This document shows, in pieces, positions 27,913 to 37,608 of a DNA stretch of 64,000 nt. The position numbers were made by a program, and so were the translations under genes. The notes below the pieces were generated by a model. It was not told the origin of the DNA and searched no databases. It saw only the letters and a program-made list of their open reading frames with translations. The stretch is from Candidatus Zixiibacteriota bacterium (GTDB taxonomy: Bacteria > Zixibacteria > MSB-5A5 > GN15 > FEB-12). The first letter of the stretch is position 1. Every line of letters starts with the position of its first letter. The DNA is taken from NCBI GenBank assembly GCA_028289585.1, contig JANQPI010000042.1, forward strand, positions 87,337 through 151,336, read 5' to 3'.

Positions 27913-29766
27913 ATGGGCGCCGCATTGTGGCAGCGTAAGGAGCTGATCATCGCGATTCTGGCTACCGCCGGGATCGCGATTCACTTGGTGCTGCGCTATG
28001 CGGTCGCTCTGCCCGATAACACCACCAACTGGCCGCTCTACGCGGTCCTGCTTCTGGGTGGCATCCCACTGATTGTCGAGTTGCTCGGTCACGTCGTGCG
28101 GCTACAGTTTGGCGCTGATCTCCTCGCCGGCATCGCAATCGTAACCGCCGTCCTCCTCGGTGAGTACCTGGCCGGAGCACTGGTTGTCCTGATGCTGTCC
28201 GGCGGCGAAACGATCGAGGCGTTGGCTGTCCGACGAGCGTCGTCGACTCTCGCCACTCTCGCCGCTCGCATGCCGTCGATCGCTCACCGGAAAGTGAACG
28301 GAGAGATTCGCGATATCAACGTCGCCGATGTCGCAGTTGGCGACTCGCTCGTTGTCTATCCGCACGAAGTCTGTCCGGTCGACGGTGAGGTGACTGAGGG
28401 TCATGGGGTCATGGATGAATCGTACCTTACCGGCGAACCGTACATGATGAACAAGACCCCCGGATCGGAGGTACTCTCCGGTTCGGTCAATGGGCAGTCA
28501 GCGTTGACAATTGTGGCAACGCGTCTGGCGGCCGACTCGCGCTACGCCCAGATCATGAAAGTGATGGAGGAAGCGGAGGCGAACCGCCCGCCAATTCGCC
28601 GTCTGGCCGATCAACTCGGCGCCTGGTTCACGCCGATCGCGCTGATTCTCGCCGGTGCGGCGTGGGCTGTTTCGGGAGATTCACTCCGGTTCCTAGCGGT
28701 CCTGGTAATCGCCACCCCCTGTCCGCTTCTGATTGGTATTCCAGTGACCATTATTGGCGCGATATCGATCGCGGCGAAGCGGGGAATTATTGTTCGTGAC
28801 CCCGCCGCGCTCGAACAGATCGACCGCGTTAAAACACTTATTCTCGATAAGACCGGAACTGTCACCTTCGGACGCCCGACCCTGACCGGCGAAACGTACC
28901 TCAATGGCTTCACTGCCGAATCCGTTTTCCCGCTCGTTGCAGCGCTGGAGCAATACAGCAAGCATCCGCTCGGAACAGTGATTCTGCGCACCGCCCGGGA
29001 GCGTTCGCTCGCCGTGCCTGAAGCTTCCGAAGTCCATGAGCATCCACACGAAGGGCTCTTTGGTAAGGTCAACGGTCGTCAGGTAGTCATCGGAGGGCGA
29101 CGCGGACTTGAACAAGAACATGCTGCCGCCATCAACGCGCTCGCGTCCCACCGCGAGGGGCTCGAGTGCCTGGTGGTGATCGATGGCGACCTGGCAGCGC
29201 ACTTTCGTTTTCGTGATACGCCACGGTCCGAAACCGAACCATTTCTCGCCCACCTCGAACCCAAGCACGCCGTTAATCGAATCCTGCTGGTCTCCGGCGA
29301 TCGTCGTTCAGAAGTCGAATACGTGGCTCAGCAGATACCGTTCTCAGAAATAGTCGCCGAGGCGACTCCAGAGCGAAAGGTCGACATCGTTACGCGCGAG
29401 GCAGGGCAGCAGCCGACGATGTTTGTGGGTGACGGCATCAACGACGCCCCGGCGTTGGCCGCCGCAACCGTTGGTGTCGCCTTCGGGCAGCATTCGGATA
29501 TCACCTCTCGAGCCGCGCCGATCGTCCTCACGGATCCCTCGTTGGCCAAGATCGATGAACTGATACACATTGGTCGCCGGATGCGGCGAATCGCGCTTCA
29601 GTCGGCAGGCGGCGGGATGATTCTATCCATTATTGGGATGGTGATAGCAGCCGCGGGATACCTTCCCCCCGTGGCCGGCGCAGTAACGCAGGAGATCATC
29701 GATCTCCTGGTCGTGTTTAATGCCGCACGCATGGCGGTCCCACCCGGGACCATTAGTGACTTCTAA
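27913..29766 (+). CDS. Heavy-metal P1B-type ATPase (TPCP motif, P1B-5-like)
   Basis: TGE, ATPCPL, DKTGT, SKHP, GDGINDAP, QE in last TM. Confidence 0.92.
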   Translation: MGAALWQRKELIIAILATAGIAIHLVLRYAVALPDNTTNWPLYAVLLLGGIPLIVELLGHVVRLQFGADLLAGIAIVTAVLLGEYLAGALVVLMLSGGETIEALAVRRASSTLATLAARMPSIAHRKVNGEIRDINVADVAVGDSLVVYPHEVCPVDGEVTEGHGVMDESYLTGEPYMMNKTPGSEVLSGSVNGQSALTIVATRLAADSRYAQIMKVMEEAEANRPPIRRLADQLGAWFTPIALILAGAAWAVSGDSLRFLAVLVIATPCPLLIGIPVTIIGAISIAAKRGIIVRDPAALEQIDRVKTLILDKTGTVTFGRPTLTGETYLNGFTAESVFPLVAALEQYSKHPLGTVILRTARERSLAVPEASEVHEHPHEGLFGKVNGRQVVIGGRRGLEQEHAAAINALASHREGLECLVVIDGDLAAHFRFRDTPRSETEPFLAHLEPKHAVNRILLVSGDRRSEVEYVAQQIPFSEIVAEATPERKVDIVTREAGQQPTMFVGDGINDAPALAAATVGVAFGQHSDITSRAAPIVLTDPSLAKIDELIHIGRRMRRIALQSAGGGMILSIIGMVIAAAGYLPPVAGAVTQEIIDLLVVFNAARMAVPPGTISDF

Positions 29767-30188
29767 ACGACTGAGATTTCGCCGGGCTTACGGGCTGCGG
29801 GCCAGTGTGCTTTGAGGTAGGTGACCGCTTCGGGAAACGTTCGAAAGGTGTGAGAACTGTCAGTCACGCGACCGGTGCGGAACATCTCATTGAGCTGCCG
29901 AAACGTGCTCGGATTGTTCAGGACATACAGCGACATCTCACAACCACTATCGACTCCCCAGCGCATATGCTTGCCGAGGACGCCGACGACATCCTGGTAT
30001 GACGTTCGCCAGTTGGTGAGGTCAACCAGCTTGGCCCATGGGGCCCCGGTCAATGGAGCAACCTCGGAGCGAAACGCCTCGCGGTATTCATCGGCAATCT
30101 CCCGTTTCCAGAGGCCGAAGATTTTGCAATAGACAATGCGTCGCTTCTGATCGACGTCGATCGTAAAAGACAGCGAAAAGCTGCTCAT
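29763..30188 (-). CDS. Hypothetical protein (STAS/SpoIIAA-like small domain)
   Basis: 141 aa with SD GAGG; KLVDLTNW...LYVLNN...TFRTFPEAVTYL resembles SpoIIAA-like folds. Confidence 0.6.
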   Translation of the reverse strand: MSSFSLSFTIDVDQKRRIVYCKIFGLWKREIADEYREAFRSEVAPLTGAPWAKLVDLTNWRTSYQDVVGVLGKHMRWGVDSGCEMSLYVLNNPSTFRQLNEMFRTGRVTDSSHTFRTFPEAVTYLKAHWPAARKPGEISVV

Positions 30189-30459
30189 GAGTTGTAGTAC
30201 CTCGTCGTAGTGTTCGGTCCCGGAGATGCGGACCAGCCCCCATTACGTACCTATAACGTGCGAGACGAAAGAAAGTGCGGTGAGTTCGTCGATAACGGCG
30301 GAGAATCGCAACTCGGGTGACGCTATCGTCGCTCCCAGTCACGAACACGCTTGTCGACTCGCCAGATATACCAAAAGAGGCCGAGCCAGACAAGCACTGC
30401 CACTATCATTGCAACGTAGTTATCAGCCATCTAGGTTCCTATCTTATTCATCGCTGTCG

Positions 30460-31164
30460 CTAGTCTTCCCAGACAAACCGGAATAGCATCAACGACGCCG
30501 TAATCATAACCACCGAGTACGAAAGGACAACTTGAAGTTCGCCCAGAATGTCGCTTGTTCCCTCGCCAACCAGCAGTTTGGTCGTTCCGCTGACGAGCGA
30601 CAGAAGTGGTACGATGATTAGCGGTAGTGTCAGTACGCCAAGCAACGCTCCCCGGCTCGCCGCTCGGGCGATGATCGCAGCGACGAGAGTCGTACCCGCG
30701 GAGAGGGCAACCGTTCCCCCGCCTGCCAGCAGCAGCAGTCCGAGGAGATCGCCGATGTCCGACGGGAAAAGTGTCAGGACCAGGGTAAAAACGGTCAGGG
30801 TGATCAGCCCGAGCAGCAGCAGATTAAACACCAGCTTGCCGAGATAGATCGCTGTGGCGTCGGCGGTCAACCTCAGCAGCAGGGCGGTGCCGGTCTCCTC
30901 CTCGCGAACGAACGCGTGAGCCAATCCGGAAAGTCCCGCAAAAAGCACCAGGATCCAGACGAGCGCCCCGAGCAGTGGCGGGCCAATGGCCGTATTCCGA
31001 AAGGCATACGAAACAACCGCAACCGTTGTGAACGCGAACAACAACTGGGTCGACAACGCTGTCCGGGAGCGCAGTTCCTGCCGGACATCTTTCGCCAACA
31101 TAGCGAAGGCGCGGCTAGCTAAGCTGGATGCGGGACTTGGCGAGACCAAGATCTTCCTCATCAT
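30460..31164 (-). CDS. ccmB: Heme exporter membrane protein CcmB (start uncertain)
   Basis: KDVRQELR, FVREEETGT, IYLGK, LTLPLIIVP; next to ccmA. Confidence 0.85.
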   Translation of the reverse strand: MMRKILVSPSPASSLASRAFAMLAKDVRQELRSRTALSTQLLFAFTTVAVVSYAFRNTAIGPPLLGALVWILVLFAGLSGLAHAFVREEETGTALLLRLTADATAIYLGKLVFNLLLLGLITLTVFTLVLTLFPSDIGDLLGLLLLAGGGTVALSAGTTLVAAIIARAASRGALLGVLTLPLIIVPLLSLVSGTTKLLVGEGTSDILGELQVVLSYSVVMITASLMLFRFVWED

Positions 31165-31735
31165 TCGACGCGATCACAATAGCAGCACGGTCACGTTGTT
31201 CCTCGATTAGAGCTGTCACGGCCGCTCGCCCCTGTTGATCTAGTGTCGCCGTCGGCTCATCGAGAAGCATTACCGGCGGCATACGTAACGTCAGCAGTAC
31301 AAACTGCAACCGCTGCTTCATGCCAGTGGAAAATGAACCAACTGGATCGACGCCTCGGCCCTTGAGGCCAAAGCGATCCAAAGCGTTATCGAGCTCTTTC
31401 CCTTCGACATGGCAACCAACCGCCGACGTGAAGAAAACCAAGTTTTCCTCAGCACTCAGTTCGTCGTACCAGGCGATATACGGACCGACCAAACCGATGC
31501 GGATTTTCCAGCTCGACCGGCCGACATCAGCATCGCCACTGCGTAGCGTGACGCTACCGGCGCTCGGACGGAACAGGCCGGCCAGGCATTTAAGCAATGT
31601 CGTCTTGCCCGAACCATTCGACCCGGCGAGCCCCAGTGATGATCCGGTCGACACCTCAAGAGAGACGTTCTGCAGGACAAGACGGTCGGGATAGCGATAG
31701 GTCAGCTTGGTCGTCGATAGTTGGTGACGAGTCAT
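31115..31735 (-). CDS. ccmA: Heme ABC exporter ATP-binding protein CcmA
   Basis: GSNGSGKTT, FSTGMKQR, LLDEPT. Confidence 0.85.
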   Translation of the reverse strand: MTRHQLSTTKLTYRYPDRLVLQNVSLEVSTGSSLGLAGSNGSGKTTLLKCLAGLFRPSAGSVTLRSGDADVGRSSWKIRIGLVGPYIAWYDELSAEENLVFFTSAVGCHVEGKELDNALDRFGLKGRGVDPVGSFSTGMKQRLQFVLLTLRMPPVMLLDEPTATLDQQGRAAVTALIEEQRDRAAIVIASNDEEDLGLAKSRIQLS

Positions 31736-31812
31736 GGCTTAGAGAATGGCGGCAATTGCGGGTGCGAAAGATAAAACGCGGCAACAAAAGTCACCGCGTT
31801 TCGAAGGCATAC

Positions 31813-32529
31813 TCAGCGCTGGCCAAGCGCACCAGGAGGTCGGAACATGCGCGTTATCGGAAGCGACAACCGCGTCTTCAACCCATCGTTCAATTCAATC
31901 GTAAACGACTGTTCGAAGGACGTTTCGATGGCATCATCGAGGATCGTTACGATCCCCTCAACCCGCTCTCCGGCCTTGATCTTGCGGGGAAGCTCGACCT
32001 CGAATGACCGCCCAGCATCGTAGATCAGAGAGATTTCGTAATCAGTCTCGGAAAGATTATCGAGGAAGAACTTCGCTTTGGTGCGAGGTCGAGTCGTAAA
32101 CTGGGAGACATCGAGTTTCAACGGGCGAAAACGAATCGGTGCCCACTTGGTGGTATCGTTGACAACCTGCGCATTGATACCCATGGCGACCCGCTCGTCG
32201 GCCAGGTTCGTGTAGAAGTATGGCTTCTTGGTCACCGCGCCACGGAACCGGCCAGAGGCAAAAATGATGTCGAGGCGAACTGAATCGCCAGGAGCGATCG
32301 TCGAATCGGGCAAACTCGACTTGGTACAGCCACAACCGGGAACAAAACGCGTGATCCGCACTTCCTCAGAAGCGGTCGACTTCACCCAGAACGTGTGAGT
32401 GAGCGTCGACGCCTGCGGGACGAAACCAAAGTTGAAGCTTGGCTCGGTAACCACGACCGGGGCTTCGGCCTGAGATGAGCTAACCAGGACCAAGGTAAGT
32501 AGACTACAAGCGAGGGTTCGTTTCATCAT
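31813..32529 (-). CDS. Exported DUF1573-family (Ig-like) protein
   Basis: Signal peptide, FNFGFV, PGCGCT, IAPGDS. Confidence 0.8.
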   Translation of the reverse strand: MMKRTLACSLLTLVLVSSSQAEAPVVVTEPSFNFGFVPQASTLTHTFWVKSTASEEVRITRFVPGCGCTKSSLPDSTIAPGDSVRLDIIFASGRFRGAVTKKPYFYTNLADERVAMGINAQVVNDTTKWAPIRFRPLKLDVSQFTTRPRTKAKFFLDNLSETDYEISLIYDAGRSFEVELPRKIKAGERVEGIVTILDDAIETSFEQSFTIELNDGLKTRLSLPITRMFRPPGALGQR

Positions 32530-32625
32530 CTCCACTCTCCGCGAATTGCTCGCCGGACGCATATCGCCAGATCGCTCTCGGGGCTATTTGCCAGTTGTAG
32601 TGTCGAGATCGGCAGAGGTTCCGTC

Positions 32626-33429
32626 TCACTTCAGCGACGTAAAAATCCGCTCCCAGCGCACTTTGTCAACAAAGTGGACGAGGCTATGGGCAAACGACCG
32701 CGGAACCGACAGCGGATCCTCCAGAGAGACCTCCGGCGCTGGCAGCGCATTGTCGTCCCACGACCAGTGGATCATGAACGCCTTGCCAAGAATCAGATGG
32801 CGCGGAACAGCGCCCCAGATCCGGGAATCAGAGGAACGATCACGGTTATCACCAAGGACGAAGTACTTTGCCTCCGGTACGACGAACGGACCGTAGTTGT
32901 CGCGACGACCGCTATCATCAAGATCAAACGTATAGATATGCTGAGTCCCGTCGGCGAGCGTATCGATATTCTTGGCGAATGCGCTGTCGATCCGTAACTC
33001 GCCGTTGACATAGAGGCGCTTGTCAATGACCTGCACCGTATCCCCCGGAACGGCGACGATTCTCTTGATGATCTTGGTATCGCCGAGTCCAGCATTCGGA
33101 TTCTGAAAAATAACGATGTCGCCAACGACCGGCTCGCGAAGCGCGGGTAGTCGCAGGTTCGTCAGGGGAATTCGAGAGCCGTAGATGTACTTGTTCGCGA
33201 GTAGATAGTCGCCTACCAGCAGCGTGTCGGCCATCGATTCCGAAGGAATCCGATAGGCCTCGACGACCGAAACCTTGAGCACCAGCGCGACAACGATGGC
33301 AAGAATAACCTGCTTGCTACTGTCCCAAAAAGCCCGTCCGGGCGATCGGCGAAGCGACTGCGGCTCCGGAGGTGGTGTCAGTCGTGGTAGGCGATTTGTT
33401 GCCGGAGCATCGGAACGGTTACCGGACAT
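32626..33429 (-). CDS. lepB: Signal peptidase I
   Basis: IPSESM, IIKRIVAVPGD, GDNRDRSSDSR. Confidence 0.95.
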   Translation of the reverse strand: MSGNRSDAPATNRLPRLTPPPEPQSLRRSPGRAFWDSSKQVILAIVVALVLKVSVVEAYRIPSESMADTLLVGDYLLANKYIYGSRIPLTNLRLPALREPVVGDIVIFQNPNAGLGDTKIIKRIVAVPGDTVQVIDKRLYVNGELRIDSAFAKNIDTLADGTQHIYTFDLDDSGRRDNYGPFVVPEAKYFVLGDNRDRSSDSRIWGAVPRHLILGKAFMIHWSWDDNALPAPEVSLEDPLSVPRSFAHSLVHFVDKVRWERIFTSLK

Positions 33430-33433
33430 GCGG

Positions 33434-34504
33434 TCAGATGCCTCGGAAAAAGCGAAGAATGTCGTTATACGTCACATACACGATGAGTCCGAGCAAGAGC
33501 ACCATACCGACCTGTTGAGCCCACAAACGGGCTTTCATCGACAGCGGGGATCCCTTGATCGCCTCGATCGCCAGAAAGATAAGATGGCCACCGTCGAGGA
33601 CCGGAATCGGCAGAATATTCAGGATTGCGAGATTCACCGACAGCAGCGCCATGAAGAAGAAGAGCGACTGCGCTCCTTTCCGGGCCTCGCGTCCGGATTG
33701 CTGGGCAATGAACAGCGGTCCGCCAATCATGCTCGATGACATCTGGCCGGTAACGAGCTTACCAAGAAATCGGACTGTTTCAGTAACAATCAGGTGCGTG
33801 GCCCCGACCCCCCGGGCGACGGCCTCACCAAAACCGTACCGTTCGTACCCGACCGGCTGCTGATTGACACCGAGAATACCAACGGTATCAACATCCCCTT
33901 CCGGGGTGAGGGCAGGTTGTGCTTTGGTGGTAATCGTGACGGTCTGACTGTCCGTGCCGCGGAGAAAGGTAACCGCAATCGGTTCCTCGACGCGCGCGTT
34001 GACGTACATGCGCAGCGAATCAAAGTTTGTGACAGGGAGACCATCGAGAGCAACAATCTGATCACCCTCCAACAAGCCGGCGTCCAACGCCGGTCCGTCG
34101 TCACTCACCGCTCCGACAACAATCCGCTCTGAATCGAAGATCGGCGTTCCGGCGAAGAGAAAGATCCCGATCAGAATGACAATGGCCAGGATGTAGTTCA
34201 TGAACGGACCGGCAAAGATGACTGCGGCGCGCGCGGGAACCGACTTGGACATGAATTCATCAGGCGCACCGGAAGCTTCTTCATCCGGGTTCTCTCCGGC
34301 CATCTTGACATAACCGCCGAGGGGAATAATGCCAATCGCGTACTCGGTGCCTCGCCACTTACGGGCAAAGATGTTCGGCGGAAAACCGACCGAAAACCGA
34401 TCGACTCGAATCCCTACCCACTTGGCGACCAGGAAGTGTCCCAACTCGTGAATAAACACGAGAATACCGAGGACGAAGATAAATGAGAGCAGCGTTGTTA
34501 CCAT
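33434..34504 (-). CDS. rseP: RIP metalloprotease RseP
   Basis: HELGH, PDZ domain, NILPIPVLDGG. Confidence 0.95.
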   Translation of the reverse strand: MVTTLLSFIFVLGILVFIHELGHFLVAKWVGIRVDRFSVGFPPNIFARKWRGTEYAIGIIPLGGYVKMAGENPDEEASGAPDEFMSKSVPARAAVIFAGPFMNYILAIVILIGIFLFAGTPIFDSERIVVGAVSDDGPALDAGLLEGDQIVALDGLPVTNFDSLRMYVNARVEEPIAVTFLRGTDSQTVTITTKAQPALTPEGDVDTVGILGVNQQPVGYERYGFGEAVARGVGATHLIVTETVRFLGKLVTGQMSSSMIGGPLFIAQQSGREARKGAQSLFFFMALLSVNLAILNILPIPVLDGGHLIFLAIEAIKGSPLSMKARLWAQQVGMVLLLGLIVYVTYNDILRFFRGI

Positions 34505-35673
34505 TTGACCTTTTCCATCCCCCTACGCGCAGTCTCGCGAGCGGTTGCATCGGCGGTCAGAATATCATCCAATGACGGATGGTCAACAAGTGTCGAGGCT
34601 TCGAGGGTCCGCTCAATAATGCGCGGAATCTCAATGAAACCGATCGACCGTTCGAGGAAGGCTGCGACCGCCGTCTCATTAGCAGCGTTGTATATGGCCG
34701 GAGCGGTACCGCCACGACGCGCGACCTCAACAGCCAGACCCAGAGCCGGGAACCGTTCCCAATCCGGAGGTTCAAACGTCAAACTGCGCAACTCGTTCCA
34801 ATCGATTCGACCATCGTCTCCGGGGACGCGATCTGGCCAAAAGAGGGCGTACCGAATCGGCAGGACCATTGTTGGTCGCGAGAGCTGCGCCACAATCGAT
34901 GAATCAACGAATTCGATCATTGAATGGATAATCGATTGCGGATGAACGACAATCTCAATCGCGTCGATCGGTACCTGGAAGAGGTTAACGGCCTCAATGA
35001 CTTCCAAACCCTTGTTCACGAGGGTCGCTGAATCGACAGTGATCTTCGGACCCATTTGCCAGGTAGGATGGGCAAGCGCCTCCTCAACAGTGATATCGGC
35101 AAACGCATCGGTTGGTAGCTGACGAAACGGACCGCCTGACGCGGTGAGCAGGATCCGGCGGATCGATTCCCGGCGTTCGCCGTTCAACACCTGCCAGAGG
35201 GCGGAGTGTTCCGAATCGATTGGAAGGATGGGTGGTTTACCGACGGCAATGGCTTCCTGAAAAAGCGGTCCACCGGCCACCAGGGATTCCTTATTCGCCA
35301 GTGCGAGCGGGATTCCAGCAGCGACCGTCGCCAGTGAAGCGCGCAGACCGGCCGCACCAACAACCGCGTTCACGACAATGTCAGCATCAGCTGCGGCAGC
35401 AAGTTCGGTTAGTCCGGACTGTCCGGATAGGATCTCGATCGAGGAGTCGTCCACCTGCGACTGAAATCGCTCGGCGGCGCCGGGGTCGACCAAGCAGACT
35501 CGCTTGGGAGAAAACTCGCGACAGATTTCGAGGAGCACTGAGACCGAAGAATACGCCGCTATGCCAGTTAAGCGAAACGCTTCGGGATGGGCCCGCAGAA
35601 CCGCCAACGTCGACCGCCCGATCGAGCCGGTCGCGCCCAGGAGAATCAGATTTCGTGTTGAGCGTGTGACCAA
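34498..35673 (-). CDS. dxr: 1-deoxy-D-xylulose-5-phosphate reductoisomerase
   Basis: LGATGSIG, LANKES, PIDSEH, HPTWQMGPKITVDSAT. Confidence 0.96.
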   Translation of the reverse strand: MVTRSTRNLILLGATGSIGRSTLAVLRAHPEAFRLTGIAAYSSVSVLLEICREFSPKRVCLVDPGAAERFQSQVDDSSIEILSGQSGLTELAAAADADIVVNAVVGAAGLRASLATVAAGIPLALANKESLVAGGPLFQEAIAVGKPPILPIDSEHSALWQVLNGERRESIRRILLTASGGPFRQLPTDAFADITVEEALAHPTWQMGPKITVDSATLVNKGLEVIEAVNLFQVPIDAIEIVVHPQSIIHSMIEFVDSSIVAQLSRPTMVLPIRYALFWPDRVPGDDGRIDWNELRSLTFEPPDWERFPALGLAVEVARRGGTAPAIYNAANETAVAAFLERSIGFIEIPRIIERTLEASTLVDHPSLDDILTADATARETARRGMEKVKW

Positions 35674-35687
35674 TACAGCGGGCCTCG

Positions 35688-35726
35688 AAAAAAGAACGGG
35701 CGGAGCCGAAGACTGACTCCGCCCGT
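35688..35726 (-). terminator. Intrinsic terminator after the cyclophilin gene
   Basis: ACGGGCGGAG/CTCCGCCCGT stem followed by TCTTTTTT. Confidence 0.75.
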
Positions 35727-35745
35727 CAGAACCTCTGTGAGTAGC

Positions 35746-36429
35746 TTACGAATCGAGCCGGTTGCCGTCGGCGTCTGAGACGTATGCCTCAATCAGCCTC
35801 ACATCCTCGGCCGGCCGGGAGATCTCCTGTCCCCCGGGCTGGGCGACCGTCGGTACGGTGGCGATCTGCTGCAGAACCTCATAGCCCTTGAGCAACTGAC
35901 CGAAGACAGTGTATTGACCGTCGAGCACGGCGGTACGCTCACGACTCAGACAGATGAAGAACTGGCAGGACGCAGAATTGGGATCCGGACCCCGCGCCAT
36001 CGAGAGCGTCCCCTCCTGATGCGGCAAATCTGAGAACTCGGCATCAAGAAGGTACCCGGCATTCCCCATCCCGGAACCCGTCGGGTCGCCCCCCTGAATC
36101 ACAAACTCAGGCAGCACACGATGAAAGATCGTATTGTCGTAGAAGCCCTTCTCGGTCAGGGAAAGGAAGGAATCAGCGTGAGCCGGCGCGACATCGCGCC
36201 AGAGCTCGAGCGTCATCAGACCGAAATTGGTACGAAGGGTAACGATGGCGTTCCCCTCATCGCGGACAGGTGTCGTACGGGCATTAGGGTCGTGGGTCAT
36301 GGGTGAATCATCCGCCACAGCTTCCGGGGTGGTCGTCTCCTCGGCCTCGGTCTGCGGCTCCTCCGAAGAACAGCCGAGGCCTACCAGGAAGCCAAGGGCG
36401 CATAAGTAAGTTATTGTCGTTCTTCGCAT
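35746..36429 (-). CDS. Cyclophilin-type peptidyl-prolyl isomerase lipoprotein
   Basis: Lipobox GLGC; FHRVLPEFVIQGGDP, SMAR, QFFI, YTVFG. Confidence 0.92.
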   Translation of the reverse strand: MRRTTITYLCALGFLVGLGCSSEEPQTEAEETTTPEAVADDSPMTHDPNARTTPVRDEGNAIVTLRTNFGLMTLELWRDVAPAHADSFLSLTEKGFYDNTIFHRVLPEFVIQGGDPTGSGMGNAGYLLDAEFSDLPHQEGTLSMARGPDPNSASCQFFICLSRERTAVLDGQYTVFGQLLKGYEVLQQIATVPTVAQPGGQEISRPAEDVRLIEAYVSDADGNRLDS

Positions 36430-36461
36430 AAGGCTCCTTCATCCGATGTTTCGCGAGCGCG

Positions 36462-36490
36462 AATATGCGCCTCCCGCGAATACCGGTCAA
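36462..36490 (-). promoter_or_regulatory. Putative sigma70 promoter of the cyclophilin gene
   Basis: TTGACC-17 nt-CATATT. Confidence 0.55.
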
Positions 36491-36536
36491 GCTTTTAGGG
36501 GACGAGGACGGGCGCTCGCGAGCCTCGATTTTATAC

Positions 36537-36564
36537 TTGGCGGATCAGTTCTTTTGTGTATAAC
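36537..36564 (+). promoter_or_regulatory. Putative promoter of the small structured transcript
   Basis: TTGGCG-16 nt-TATAAC. Confidence 0.5.
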
Positions 36565-36598
36565 TCCCGTACACTCGGAAAGGAGGTGGTCAACATAT

Positions 36599-36634
36599 AT
36601 GAGTTTTGACTGTAGTGAGGTGACTGCTAGCTAG
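36599..36634 (+). CDS. Putative 11-aa peptide MSFDCSEVTAS
   Basis: ATG preceded by GGAAAGGAGGTGGTC; TAG stop lies in a hairpin stem. Confidence 0.4.
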   Translation: MSFDCSEVTAS

Positions 36635-36691
36635 TTGCCGACCCCATCGATTTCCGTTGGGAGCGCTAGCTAAAACCCAACAGAATCACCG

Positions 36692-36725
36692 AACGAGCCC
36701 TCCTTTCCGGACGGCTCGTTTTTTT
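36692..36725 (+). terminator. Intrinsic terminator with anti-SD in its upper stem and loop
   Basis: AACGAGCC-CTCCTTTCCGGAC-GGCTCGTT-TTTTT. Confidence 0.8.
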
Positions 36726-37608
36726 ATGGCTGGTGCGGCTTGGCAATGCCCCCCGGTGCGGTCAATTCGAAGACATCGATCTGCCGTACAGTTGAATCTC
36801 CCAGCGTATCGGTGAAGACGACCAGGCCGACGGCATCCCACTGAAACTCAAACGCCGGCACCGCTGGATCGGTCAAATCGAGGAAGGCACGGTCCGGGGG
36901 ACCATAGACGGCCTCAACGTCGCGATACGGAGAGACATCCACTTGCAATGAATCCAGCGTCGGATGCACGTAGGCATTGGGGGTGTCGTACGCGGTGGCA
37001 AGGACCCCACGTACCGGTTCGGTGTCTTCGATCTGGCTGTTCGAATTGACATCCCAGACCATCACGACGAGACCTTCAGCTTGGTCGTAGAGAGCCAAGT
37101 TGTATGCACGTCCGCTCAACGGTACCGTCCCTGCCGGATTGCCCTTCCACGTCTTGACATCGGCGTACCGATCCGAAAACAGAATCAGGTCACCCTGACC
37201 GTTGTTGCCGGGGATGAGCACCGGCGCCCGGAGAACAAACGTCAGCGTATCGTCCTCGTGCGTTGCCTCAACAACCGCCTGACCGAGTGAGCCGGTGAAG
37301 GCATAGGAGAACGTCGCAACTCCGGAGACGTTGGTAACCGTATCGCTGCTGAATAGCCCGTCTCCCGAAAGCACCCGAAACGTGACACGAGCACCGGGCA
37401 CCGGATTATTGGACGCATCTCGCACGGTTACCTGTGGCGACGGTGTCAGTGTCGATTGGCCGATGCGCCCCACGATTCGTGTGGCATTGGCGGACAACGA
37501 TCCAGAGGCGGGTGGCGGATCAACCGGGTTGTCCTCAGGACAACCCGCAACTAAAAGTCCAGCGATGACTATCGAGGCAATCGATACGTATCTCAATACA
37601 ACCCCCAA
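36724..37608 (-). CDS. Lipoprotein with Big_1/Ig-like domain
   Basis: Lipobox LVAGC; VTVRDASNNPVPGARVTF; start may be a few codons downstream. Confidence 0.75.
   Translation of the reverse strand: MGVVLRYVSIASIVIAGLLVAGCPEDNPVDPPPASGSLSANATRIVGRIGQSTLTPSPQVTVRDASNNPVPGARVTFRVLSGDGLFSSDTVTNVSGVATFSYAFTGSLGQAVVEATHEDDTLTFVLRAPVLIPGNNGQGDLILFSDRYADVKTWKGNPAGTVPLSGRAYNLALYDQAEGLVVMVWDVNSNSQIEDTEPVRGVLATAYDTPNAYVHPTLDSLQVDVSPYRDVEAVYGPPDRAFLDLTDPAVPAFEFQWDAVGLVVFTDTLGDSTVRQIDVFELTAPGGIAKPHQP

Larger units (their letters stand above)
36571..36725 (+). ncRNA. Candidate small structured RNA / mini-ORF transcript
   Basis: Own promoter and terminator in an otherwise minus-strand region; extended SD, internal hairpin 36628-36672, 11-nt 5'-3' complementarity. 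Confidence 0.6.

Noticed and set aside
36577-36591. Possible 16S rRNA 3'-end fragment on the minus strand
   Set aside because: Similarity stops after about 15 nt and there is no other rRNA sequence; treated as an SD-like motif.
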